Shown: positions 12,151 to 24,949, counted from the first letter of the stretch. The stretch: 64,000 nt of DNA from Eledone cirrhosa (GCA_964016885.1 OZ024740.1:273110001-273174000), one strand, 5' to 3'. Translations and numbers: made by a program. Notes: a model not told the origin generated them from the letters alone.

Positions 12151-13396
12151 TGCTACATATTCGCATTAAATTCTATACTTGTAATACTGCCATTTTATTC
12201 TGCCAGTATTCGTATCTATGCATGTAATTTCATATTTTAACAACACACGTCTCCCACAGAATCACACCACTATTTTGTGCGTTTGTATCATAATTGTTTT
12301 AATTGTACTGAATTGTTTAACATTTTTTAGTTCATTATGTTTTCACTATTAGCGTTATCTATATTTCTTTTGTTAATACCATTATTGGTGTTCTTGCTAG
12401 TATTACTTTTGCCTTTGAATCTGATTCCCTATGGAATACATTTTATCCGCGACCTTCCGGTGTTTTCCTGAAATGTTTCTAGGTGTTGCTAGATTACCTA
12501 ATGAGTTTTTGCAACTGGGTTAAGAAAGACTTGGCTGCTCCTAATGAAGTAATTTACATGGCTACTTATATTCTCTTTCTTCGTTCGGCATAGATGCTCC
12601 GTTATTGCATTGTCCATAATTATTTTAAAGATTACTCTGTAATCAGTGTTGCTTTTAAACTGGGAAATTACCTTAGCGAAATAGTTTCAGATTGGTTTTT
12701 ATTATCACTAATAAAACAATGACAGAGATGAACACTAAATATAGGGAGTAAAATAGGGAGAAGTGAGGAAAAGGCTTAACGTATAAAAAATGAAATATGT
12801 TTCATATCTTTGTTGTACTGTATAACATTTCCTACTCTTAAACTCTGATTTCTATCACGGTTCAGTTGTAGTGTGTGTAAAACAAACAACTGTGCCATTG
12901 CTATTTTATAATACCCATCCATTCATCAGTTCAATGGTGACCATGCAGTATTATATTTCTAGAATATGCTTCATAAGGATATCCTATATTTTGGTGGATG
13001 CCTGCGTATAATCTCACTATCGAACGTGTTGGTTTATTTTAAGAAACAATGTGAATGGGTGCCTGATATATAAGGATGCATACATATTTATATATCCCTG
13101 CTGTATTCTTTCTTCCCATATGTTGGTATGTATTTATGTGTTGTATACATGTATGAATCCATGAACAAATATGTATGAATATATGCGTATATCTATGATT
13201 TGTGAGTATATATATGCATATGAATGTGCTTTTGTTTCTGCATGTGATTGTAGTTATAAGTGTGAATGCGTTTACGTGTGCGTTTGTTTGAGTTTGCGTG
13301 TTTGTGAGTGTGCCTGTATGTATGCATGTATATATATATATACATACACACACACACAAACATATATATATATATATATATATATGTGTTTGTGTA

Positions 13397-13428
<32 letters not shown>

Positions 13429-15300
13429 CATATAGATATATATGTGTGTGTGTGTCTGTGTGTGTGTGTTCATGTGTGTATTGACGTTAGCATGTTTGAT
13501 TGATTACTTGCCTTCATTGCTCATATTATCAGATCTTTGTCTGGTGAATTGTTTGGTTGGCTGCTATCTCCGAAATGGAAATGATGCGGCAACACGTTGA
13601 GTTCAGCCTCCTAACCCCATCTTCTCCATCGAAACATGTCATCGTTAAATAAGAAGTATTTGATCGTCAGTACGCACCAATTAACTCTCTAACAGAATGT
13701 TAATTATATTAGTCTTTTTTAGATGTGACTGTGGTTTGTTGTTTTGCTAAATTTTATATATTTATGCATTGATGTATTTATTTTTTCATTTATAGAAAAT
13801 ATCTGAGATGCTAAGGCCCAACACGAAGCAAGCTATCACGCCTCTACAGAAATGTTAACCCTTTTGCCTTTACAGAAATGGTATTTCTACTGCCTCCACA
13901 GAAACTCTACCTCTATCACCTCCACAAAAATGAGAACTATCGCGTCCATTACCGTCATATATCTGTTTCAAGCTTGAGCTACCACCCTCCTCACCAACAT
14001 CATCTCATAACAACACAAAGGTAGCCTCTACAAAGTCATGGGTTTCACGAATAATAGTAGCTATATTTCCCCCAAATCCTATCCTCACATCCTACGTTCT
14101 TACACTTTAAAATGGGACACATTCGTTAATATGGTTCTTAGAAAACATGTCTGAAAAACAAAAAATAGTTCTTCTGTACCAGGGCTGATCTGGAGTTAAA
14201 AAATAAAATAGAAACAGCATCAATCTATTTTGAGGACACCAAGCCATTGGATTAGATAGCATCAACTGCAACGCCAACCTCATAACTTTCCTCCAAACAA
14301 CAACAATAACAATAACAACAGCATCTGGCGTAACACTAACAATAACAAAATAACAACAGCAAAATCAACCCACATGGACACTATATAAGCATGCTAAGAA
14401 ACCCAAGAAAACTACTGCTATACCATCCTAAGAAAAGTTTCCCTAGAAATGCGGAAAGCCTATATGCATCGCTCAATCTCAGACTTAACCATTTAGCATT
14501 TACATTACGGTATATATACTATTGCATTTTCCCGTGAACAAATTTTCTTATATAATTATCTTACATAATTTCGAATCTATGTGAATTTGATATTATTCAT
14601 TTTGAGAACAATACCTTAACATGAGTGGCTGGTTATGGTTGGTTTGAACAGAAAGAGGTGAGAGGATTCTGGCTGGATTAGGTTTAAATGCCACAAACAA
14701 AGACAGAAAAAGGAAAGGGACATTAAAGTATGTGGTCGTGAGATATACATGATTTAAAAGCACAATGGAGAGTCACGGCTGTTAAGCCTTTGATCACAAA
14801 TCTGCTCAAACAATGCTGACCCAGGCCTTCGCAAGAAAAAGTTCACTTTGAAAACCACAATCACCACACAATGATATCCTAATTTTCCAGCAGCACTAGC
14901 TTCAGCAGCACCACCACATCTCCCACCACTATTATCACCACCCAAACTACATCCACACAACACCAATGTGGTCGCCACCACCTCCACCACCAGCAGCACT
15001 CTTGTTTTGTCAGGTCAGGTCAGTCGGTTGGTGGTACTAGTCGGTTGCTTCGTCAGTTGGTTTTCCAATTGAGCTATTGCAATGCGCAGTCATCATTGAT
15101 TAATTAATTCCCTGGACATCTGCTTAACGAGCCAAACAGAAAAGGACGGAAATTCTTTCCAGTTGAACAAAGTCTCTCATCACCCCAACTCACTTTTCTG
15201 GTCTTTCTATCTAAAAATCTTCCTGTATGTGTCGTTCTATCACTCTCTAGTTCTTTGTTTTGTTTTATTCAACACATTTAATGCTAAACTGGAGCACTGC

Positions 15301-15400
<100 letters not shown>

Positions 15401-15409
15401 TTATCTATG

Positions 15410-15470
15410 CCCAGCCGTCACGTCTTGTAATGTCCCATTTTTGTACACCCCTGTGGCAAATAAAGAACGA
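15410..15470 (+). mobile_element. Very short 3'-end fragment of a related Tx1-like LINE
   Basis: TGTCCCATTTTTGTACACCCCTGTGGCAAATAAAGAA resembles the 3' terminus at 18970-19006; lies between (TATC)n and (TC)n. Confidence 0.65.
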
Positions 15471-15514
<44 letters not shown>

Positions 15515-15674
15515 CTGTCTCGCTCGTTCCCCCTATTTACGTGTCCCAACGACTTTCTTTAGCCGTTGCTCGCACCAACCAGAGGTATATGGTCTTTAAA
15601 GCGATGAAATACCAATGAAGGCTGGAAGATCACTGATGAAAGACTAATTTTATTCATATGTAACCCATTTGCAA

Positions 15675-15757
<83 letters not shown>

Positions 15758-15758
<1 letters not shown>

Positions 15759-18700
15759 GGTCGATTTGACCTGGCCGATAGATATCGACTAGATTTTCTA
15801 TCTATCTATCTATCTATCGGTCGATTTGACCTGGCCGATAGATATCGACTAGATTTTCCGACTGCGCCAACCTGGACTTGGGCAAATCGTAGCGGATCAT
15901 CTAGGTCGTACCTAGATAGGTTCTTAGTTAGAATTAAGGATAAGGACTTTTTAAGTTGTCCAAAAATGCGCATTGTTGGCTATTCAGACCACAAATTAGT
16001 GACCTGCATGGTCAACCTTGACAGAACTCATAGACAGGGCCCCGGTTACTGGAAGCTCAACTTGTCCTTGCCGGCAAGTAGAGCCTACAGGAATCGGATT
16101 AGTACGTTAGTTAAGGAACGGTTGACTGGAGCGATCGTCAACAGCAGGTGGTGGGTATCTCTAAAGAGAGAGATTAGAGTAGTCTCGATAGAATTTAGTA
16201 AGGTTCTAGCTGCGGATAGGAATAGGAAGGAAAGGGAGCTAATAGATAGAGTAGAAGAGGCAATTAGAAGCGGCGACGTGGCCAGAGTGCTAGCGTCGAG
16301 AACGGCTTTGAGCCAGTTTTTCGACGCGAAGCACGAAGGCTGCGTTGTCCGAAGTAAAATACGTGCTCTAGGGAACGAGGGGACCAAAGCTGTTAGCTGG
16401 GCCCGCGTGACAGAGGCCAACAGTGGAACTAAATCCACCATCCGGTCTTTGCGAGACCTGGATGGACGGGCGATTCTTGAGCCTAAGCAGATGTGTGAGG
16501 CCTTTCAAAGGCACTTTGCCCGACTGTTCGGGAGGGGCGGGGAGCCGGTTGGGAACGTGGACTTCGGTCCATACCTCGACGGCCTGCCGCGCCTCTCGGA
16601 CAGGGAGGCGAAGTCCTGCGAGGAGCCGATTTCAGCCGCTGAGATAGAGGACGTGCTGAGCCAATGCGGCAAACGCAAATCCCCGGGTCTCGATGGTCTT
16701 CCTTACGAATTATATCTAGCTATGCCGGACTTGTTCCCCGATCTCCTCGAGGCGGTCTACTGCAACTGGCAACAGAACGGGAGAATTCCCTGTACTGTGA
16801 CCAAGGGCGTAGTCACGCTAGTGAGGAAGGACGAGAACAAGGGGGACGAAATAAGTAACTTCAGGCCCATAACACTGCTAAATACAGAGTTACAGATTTT
16901 GGCCAAGGTGCTAGCAAAGAGGTTGGCGCTTGTCGTGGGCAACCTGGTGGGAGATGCGCAGACATGCGCTATCCCGTCCAGGTCCATCCACGACAACCTC
17001 CACCTCATGCGATGCATCATAGAGAGGGTTGGGAACGAACCCGGCTTTGGTGGGGCTCTGATCAACTTGGATCAATCTAAGGCGTTCGATAGGGTCGACC
17101 ATGGTTACCTGGGTGCGGTGCTAGCGGTGGCAGGCTTCGGACCCGTTTTCAGGGGCTGGATCACTGCTATGCACAGCAGCCGCATCTGCTCTAGGGTCAA
17201 GGTGAACGGCTACCTCTCGGAGCCGTTCAAAATCGCGCGGTCCATCCGACAAGGGTGCCCTCTCTCCTCCCTTCTGTATGTGTTGACTCTCGAGCCACTA
17301 CTGCGGAAGTTGGAGTTGTTGCAGGGCATCCCTTTGGAACCGGGATTGCGGAAAGCGGTGTCGGCCTACGCCGATGACGTGACAGTAATGGTGTCGACGG
17401 CCTCCGAAATCGAGGCGGTCGGCACCTTACTGGAGGAGTACGAAAAGTTCACAGGGGCTAAGCTGAACCGGGACAAGTCGATCGGTTTGCAACTCGGCAC
17501 GTGGAGGGGCAGACCGATGCCCTCCGATAGCGTCGTCGGACGCTGGACGGAGGGCCCGGTGAAGTTGCTCGGGGTCTGGTTCGGATCGGACCTCCAGGTG
17601 GAGAAAAACTGGGCGGAGGTTACGAACAGGGTGTTTGCACTGACCCAGAAGTGGGCCAGTTGCAAACTATCCCTGAAAGGTCGGGCGGAGGTGGCGAACA
17701 CCTACATAGCGTCCGTCATCTACTACCGCCTGACCGTAGTGCCCTGCCCAAGGGAAACCCTCACCAAGATGGAGCGCGCGCTCTTCCAATTCCTTTGGAA
17801 GAGGCGGGCTCCTATGGTGAGGAGATCCATCTGCTGTCAACACCCTTCGAAAGGAGGGCTGGGGATGCCGTGGCTAATGATGCGTAAACACGCATTAAGG
17901 CTACGGCACCTCTACGTATTCCTCACCGGACAACCGGTGTGGGCCTCGTTTGTGAGACGAACCTTTCCCAGACTCGTCTCACTCACCGAGCTGCAATCCT
18001 GGGTCAAGCAAAGACCGAGAAAACTGGGCGCCTGGCACACTGAGTGTGCCCAGGCGCTCACCGCCCTCTGGCAGGCGGATCCGGTTATCAGTGGAGACTC
18101 CACCGCAACATTCTATAGAGGGCTGGTACGCAGCAGGTGCGACGACGCCCTCGGAGAAGCCCTAGACATGGAGGAGGACGAACTGGCCAGCCTGTTCGGT
18201 AGGACATTCAGCCCGGGACCTATGGACAACTTCCAGAAGTCCCTGGCCTGGCAGTGCTACCGAGGGGCTTTACCCGTTCGAGAAAGGCTCTACAGACACG
18301 GGCGCCCGGGTAGGGACCCCGCCAAAAAGATCTGTCCCAGATGCGTGTGCGACGAGGAAACCGTTGCACACGCATTAGTACACTGCTCGGGCGTAGCCGA
18401 TCTGTGGGGCTATGTCGAACAACTGCTGTCAAGGGTGGGACCGATCCGGTTGACCACCGAGTCTATTGTAATGATCAAGCCGCCTCCCCCCTTCAAAGAT
18501 GAAGCAGAGGCGGTGTTTCTGTGCGTAATAGCCATGGCGAAAGAGGTTGTATGGTGGACGCGTCTGAAAGGACTGAGGTCGGGCACCTTTCTCTCTGGCC
18601 AACAACTGGTCCGTTTCTTCCGATATCATTTCGGAAGAAGGATCAGGATGGAGAGAGAGGTGCTGCACCCCAGCCGTTTCTATGAAAGATGGGTGAAAGT

Positions 18701-19008
18701 GGCGAGAATGGCCCGTGTGAATGGGCCTTCACTCTACATCAGACTATAGGTGAGGAAGATGAAAGACCAAGGGAGCACCCCTTCTCTGTGCTCCTGAGGA
18801 GAAGGGTTGCACACTTTTTTTCGGGGGTGTGTGCGACCCCCCAAGGCGCCTCCTCTCTATTGAGGATTTTGTTAAAAATTTTATTTTTTGTTATATCTTA
18901 TTTTTATATTTTGTTATTGCCTCCTCCTTATTGAGGACGCCTTTTTGTGTAAACTCCCCCCTTTGTACTTGTCCCACTTTTGATGCCCTAGTGGCAAATA
19001 AAAGAAAT
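15758..19008 (+). mobile_element. 5'-truncated Tx1/L1-clade non-LTR retrotransposon inserted in a (TATC)n microsatellite
   Basis: GC-rich block flanked on both sides by (TATC)n; contains the long ORF2; ~260-bp 3' UTR ending ...GTGGCAAATAAAAGAA directly into (ATCT)n. Confidence 0.93.
15818..18749 (+). CDS. LINE ORF2: C-terminal part of APE endonuclease, reverse transcriptase and C-terminal zinc knuckle; 5'-truncated with no true start codon
   Basis: APE motifs YLDRFL and SDHKLV, GYWKLN, KSPGLDGLP, FRPITLLN, LDQSKAFDRVDH, IRQGCPLS, AYADD, GGLG and CPRC..ETVAHALVHC. No stops. The ORF-track start at 15669 is only read-through of the TATC repeat. Confidence 0.93.
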
Positions 19009-19077
19009 CTATCTATCTATCTATCTATCTATCTATATATCTATCTCTCTATCTCTCTATCTATTTATCTCTCTCTC

Positions 19078-19124
<47 letters not shown>

Positions 19125-19128
19125 ATCC

Positions 19129-19160
<32 letters not shown>

Positions 19161-19483
19161 TTACCTATCTGTCTAGTTAGCTGCCTAGCTATCTCTCGAT
19201 CATCTATGTAGACATATATTTTCTGTATTGCATGATCATATTCATGAAGGGATAAACAAAGGATGTGAATGAAGCTGGGACGGGAGCAGGATGTGGGTAA
19301 GCAGATGAATAGGTTTGAAGGGTTACATAGCCGGTGTTGGGTGGTAATTTTGGTGTGGCTGCTCAGTAAGTGTATAAGCTGGGGTGAGGAATCTGGAATA
19401 TCTTGAGATAGGCATAAGATGGTCAAGTCGAGAATGCCGTGAGCAACATGTCATTGAATTGGAACAAAAACAGTAACTGCAAT

Positions 19484-19535
<52 letters not shown>

Positions 19536-19536
19536 G

Positions 19537-19571
<35 letters not shown>

Positions 19572-19629
19572 GCTGCTGCTGCTACTCCTACTGCTCCTGC
19601 TGCTACTTCTGCTGCTGCTGCTGCTGCTG

Positions 19630-19694
<65 letters not shown>

Positions 19695-20275
19695 GGTAAT
19701 ATTGATAATAACGACAATGATAAAAAATATTTATTATCATCATCATTATTATCATTATGGTGGTGATGATGGTAAAAACTGCTTAAAAATGAAATACAGT
19801 CGAAAAGAGAAAAAACTTTGCCTTTCTCCTTTCCTGTCATCAAATGACAAAAGCACATATTATAGAAATTTGCAAATAATTTCATGTCTTTAAACAGATG
19901 AAGAAGAATATAATTGTCATTAAGAGGGAAGAAGGTTAAAAAGAAAATGGCGATACAAATAGAATTATAAAACAAAAAATGAAACCTGATTCATAAGAGT
20001 AAAAGAGTTATAAATAATATAACAAAATTCCACTGTTTTCATTCAATAACTAACTAGAAAGTGGTAGAGGGGCTGGAAAAGAGCATACACTGGTGAAAGT
20101 GTGTGAGAAAGAGAGAAGGAGAGTGAAGGGTTGTGTAAATGAAAGTAGGATTTGAAGAGATGAGAAAGTTGGATTCGAAGAGAAAGAGACTACAGACATT
20201 GATAGGGAATCAATAAAGTTGGAAGGGAATAAGGTAGTGAGGTGTAAAGAGAGAGAATGAAAGAGAAAAGAGAGT

Positions 20276-20362
<87 letters not shown>

Positions 20363-20370
<8 letters not shown>

Positions 20371-21232
20371 AAAGTTCTATTTAAATTGTTAGGATACAAC
20401 AAGCAAATATTTTTATAACTGATATAAAGCACTCAACAAGAATTTGGAGTAAACATACGATATTAACAAATGGAAACTATATTTATAAAACCATATTTAT
20501 TATATTATACATATTTCAAGGATACTACGTTAAGTTATGGTATGCTTTCATCAGACAAAATACAATATAGATCAGTTTTATAAATAAATATTGACATACC
20601 CTTAAAAAATGCAACCATTACTGTTGGAAGCTCCCGGATAGTGGAGTTGTTTACTTATATTAGTATAGGATATTTTTATTTTTAAAATAAGTCGTTGGGT
20701 TACAGAGACAGAAAAAGACGGAGAGAGAGGAAAAATAGAGAAAGAAAGAAAAAAGAAAAAGAAAAAAGAAAAAAGAAAAAAGAAAAAAGAAAAAAAGAAA
20801 AAAGAAAAAAGAAAAAAGAAAAAAGAAAAAAGAAAAAAGAGAGAAAAGAGAGAAACGAGAGAGAGACACCAAAACAACAGATAGAGAGAAAAAACAGAGA
20901 GGGAAAATATAGAGATAGAGAGAGGGGGAAAGAACGAAAACACTAAGTCATGTCTTATTGAGTTAACTCAACAATTGAGATGTAACCCAACGACTTATTT
21001 TAAAAATAAAAATATCCTATACTAATATAAGTAAACAACTCCACTATCCTGGGGCTTCCAACAGTAATGGTTGCATTTTTTTAAGGGTATGTCAATATTT
21101 ATTTATAAAACTGATCTATATTGTATTTTGTCTGATGAAAGCATACCATAACTTAACGTGGTACCCTTGAAATATGTATAATAAAATAAATATGGTTTTA
21201 TAAATATAGTTTCCATTTGTTAATATCGTATA
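20363..21232. repeat. Family B inverted repeat, ~250-bp arms with a purine-rich (GAAAAAA)n spacer
   Basis: 20453-20704 is the reverse complement of 20981-21232; (TA)n at both outer ends. Confidence 0.9.
21124..21188 (+). ncRNA. Type I hammerhead ribozyme (family B); mirror copy at ~20495-20562 on the minus strand
   Basis: UAUUUUGU-CUGAUGA-AAG..UACCAU(loop)GUGGUA..CUU-GAAA-UAUGU-AUA/AUAAAAUA. Confidence 0.82.
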
Positions 21233-21736
21233 TATATATATATATACATGAAGTAATTCCATCGGAAAAGTCCAGGAAAAAAACCATATTTATTTTATTA
21301 TACATATTTCAAGGATACCACGTTAAATTATGGTATGCTTTCATATACATATATATATATATATATATTTATATATATTGTTATACTTCGGGAGGGTCAT
21401 ATTTGTGTAATATTGCCAGAATTAATAACAGAACACACTCACTGTTTGGTTGGTTTTCGCTTTTCGCTTCTGTGTCTTTTATATCGGTAATCTAATTTAT
21501 TCGGTCCTCAATGTTACGATTGACTGACCAACGGTCAAAAATAATACTGATACAATATAGACACAATATAGATACAATATAGATACAATACAGATACAAT
21601 ATAGACACAATATAGATACAATACAGATATAATATAGACACAAACACAATATTTCTTTCGACACACGATTTCATATAAAAACCTCGCAAAACTAATTCAT
21701 CGCCGCCGTTATTTATATATATGTATATATATATAT

Positions 21737-21854
<118 letters not shown>

Positions 21855-21935
21855 ATATGTATTCATATATATCAACATAGATATACATATATATACATTT
21901 ATACAGATAATTACACATATATATATGTATATATG

Positions 21936-22482
21936 AAATCAAGGTCTAGCAAATAGAGAAAAAGTTTAAAATAACATTTAAAAAATTCTCAGTACTTACT
22001 ATATGTGCCTTTACCGCGGTTTCATGCTCCAGAATAAACGGAAAATCCAAGCGGATTTCTATTGAGAAGGGAGCAATCTTCAGAAGGCTCTCCTCCCTCT
22101 GAGAATATAAAATTCCCGAGTTCAAATCACAAACTGACGCCATACAAAACCATTCCCAAATGACAGCGGATGATGAAAGAAATAATTCTGTCTGGTGCCG
22201 TGTGCAAAGACAAAAGGCAGGGTGTACAAGGCAATGTCCTGCCACTAGAAATAGCAGCAGTCCAAACGGCCAAAATGTTATCTCTACGATAGAGGGAGAT
22301 CAATAATAAAGTATGAATTCCTACGTGTAAAAAATACATATAGGGAAACAAGTATTATCCAACCGTATGCCATTGTGGTTCTATGGCGGGCTAATAAATT
22401 AACAAGCCAGAACATATAAAATCAAGGTCTAGCAAATAAAGAAACAGTTTTAAATAAATTTTAAAAAATTGGCAATACTTAC

Positions 22483-22490
<8 letters not shown>
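21936..22490 (-). mobile_element. ~483-bp hammerhead-containing unit plus ~70-bp terminal direct repeat (retrozyme/pLTR-like)
   Basis: AAATCAAGGTCTAGCAAATA...TACTTACTATATGT at 21936 and 22419; (TA)n on both sides. Confidence 0.75.
22007..22088 (-). ncRNA. Type I hammerhead ribozyme with extended stem II
   Basis: Minus strand: GCCUU-CUGAAGA-uUGCUCC...GGAGCAu-GAAA-CCGCG-GUA/AAGGC; palindromic CCGCGG in stem III. Confidence 0.88.
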
Positions 22491-22526
<36 letters not shown>

Positions 22527-22527
<1 letters not shown>

Positions 22528-22760
22528 CAAAGGGTTTGTGGTAAGGAACCAGATGGACCATAATGCACCAGAGTACTCAATACTTAGGGTAGTAGAGTGG
22601 GGAATAGGAAAAAGTATGACCCCGACGGCAGAACTCAAGCCGTTTCGTCGGCTATTTCTGGACTAAATTAGTATTTTTAGTCTGGTAAATAAAAAAATTA
22701 GTCCAGAAATAGCCGTCGAAACGGCTTGAGCTCTGCCATCGGGTTCATACTTCTTCCTAT
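22527..22760 (-). mobile_element. Family A fold-back element
   Basis: Same sequence as 10263-10456 in opposite orientation with a longer centre; (TA)n on both sides. Confidence 0.85.
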
Positions 22761-23061
22761 ATATAAATATAATATATATATATATATATATATGTATATA
22801 CAAAAGGAAATTTCGCTCTACATGGCTAAATACAATAAATGTAATCTGAGTTTTTCGCATATTAATAATTGTTTCTACTTTTGGAATATCCCCTGCAAGG
22901 AACAGTCAGATAAAATTTACATAGTCTTTCTCCTTAGCCGTAGAAATTAAACGGGGCTAGGTTTAAAATGTAAGTTTGAAGAAGAAATGTATATAAACTT
23001 TACCAAAATTATTCTAGTCCCGACTATCGACAGTTTCCCTCGTACTTTGTTGATATATATC

Positions 23062-23622
23062 TGTAGCGACTAGCGCCACCTTGCCCTGGGAGAAAAAAAC
23101 TGATTGGAGTTACTTCCCGTTGAATTATAGAGGATTCCTTGAACTTCCGGTCTAGGGATTATAAAGGAGGGAGAAAATAGACATCTTAGCTTATTTGGCG
23201 ACCGACTCTCGGACAGTTCACTCACGAGCGAGTTTGTTAACCTTATTATATCTGTATCGAATTAAATTAGTGTTGGCCTGCAGTGGCGTTTACCAAAGTA
23301 AATAACCCTGACTCCACATCAGAAGGCTGCGTGTTCGCATCACGTCGGGGTCACCACTTTAGTGAATTGGTCACAGGGTTATTTACTTTGGTAAACACCA
23401 CTGCAGGCCAACCACTAATTTAATTCGATACAGATATAATAAGGTTAACAAACTCGCTCGTGAGTGAACTGTTCAAGAGCCGGTCACCAAATAAGCTAAG
23501 ATGTCTCCTTTCTCCCTCCTTTATAATCCCTAGACCGGAAGTTCAAGGAATCCTCTAGAATTCAACGGGAAGTAACTCCAATTAGTTTTTTCTCCCCGGG
23601 CAAGGTGGCGCTAGTCGCTACA
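23062..23622. mobile_element. Fold-back element of two inverted Gypsy-like LTRs around a tRNA-Trp copy, with 4-bp TSD TATC
   Basis: Starts TGTAGCGA and ends TCGCTACA; ~250-bp inverted arms; TATC at 23058-23061 and 23623-23626; minus strand reads LTR...TTCACTAAA-G-TGGTGACCCCGACGTGAT (Trp PBS); TATAAA at ~23160. Confidence 0.9.
23308..23356 (+). pseudogene. Retro-copied 3' part of mature tRNA-Trp(CCA), positions 28-76 including the CCA tail
   Basis: CTGACTCCAcATCAGAAGGCTGCGTGTTCGcATCACGTCGGGGTCACCA matches the conserved metazoan tRNA-Trp 3' portion as recalled; anticodon CCA at 23314-23316 and terminal CCA at 23354-23356. Confidence 0.92.
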
Positions 23623-24021
23623 TATCCAATCCTGGTATTATCCATGAGGTTTCAATCTTATCAAGAGACTCCCTTAAGAGGGCTAACATTTCTACAGTGA
23701 TCGCCGCCAGAAATGAATTCAAAATGGGTAAGAATCATCACATGGCCAGCGGCCAAAGTAGAAGGTTGTGAATGGCAGGCCAGATGGCAGGTAGGTTGGC
23801 TGATACAAAGAACAGTTAGATACCGCCTAAGGTTTACTCGACCGAACGGAAGTATAGAATAAATCCATAGGCATATATATGTATATATTTAGACATAGTC
23901 ACAGATACATATATGAGTGTGGCTACCTTTCACGGTGTGGCTCAATGAAAAAATTAATTAAGCAAATAATTATTAACCAGAGCTATATAAAATTATAAGT
24001 TTGAAGAACAGTCAGATAAAA

Positions 24022-24160
24022 TATTTATTTTATCGACCCCGTAAGGATGAAGGGAAAAGTTAACCTCGGTGGATTTTGAACTCATACCGTAAAGGGCCAT
24101 AACTCTATGCTGAAAAGCATGGCGCCCGACCCATTACCAATACGACCAATCCACCGTCCT
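24022..24160 (-). mobile_element. SINE, 3'-truncated
   Basis: TTTTATCGACCCCGTAAGGATGAA...CCAATCCACCG. Confidence 0.8.
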
Positions 24161-24215
24161 AATGATATGATGATGATGATATTGCTGTTGTTATTATTGT
24201 TGTTGATGATGATGG

Positions 24216-24267
<52 letters not shown>

Positions 24268-24533
24268 AACGATGATAATGGTGATGAGGATGATGACGAT
24301 GAATATAACTATCATGCTGATGATAAAAATGATGATAATGGTAATGGGAATGTTGGTTACAATAACAATTGTGCTGCTGTTTATCATGATGGTGATGATA
24401 GGGTAACTAATGGTGAAACTAATGTTGATCTTGAAGGTTGTGTCTTTCATGGCAATGAGCTAACATTGTTCATGAAATGTCAATGTGAAGGCGATTAAAA
24501 ATAGAGCAGTATATGAACAGGTAGAAGGGAAGT

Positions 24534-24648
<115 letters not shown>

Positions 24649-24800
24649 AATTATTTTACAATTTAGTTTAATTTTTCAAAATTTATACACAATTTTTCAC
24701 TTTTGGTACTTCCCTTTCTGCTACCGGCATCCTTTATATACATGCTTGTTTATACATACATACACACAGACACACGCACGCACATAGGCACACACGCACA

Positions 24801-24949
<149 letters not shown>

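Noticed and set aside
15669-15757. N-terminal YLSI repeat as part of the 1026-aa protein
   Set aside because: It is the (TATC)n target read in an open frame; the element is 5'-truncated.
23308-23356. Functional tRNA-Trp gene
   Set aside because: Lacks positions 1-27 (A box and D arm) and has an encoded CCA, so it is a retro-copy.
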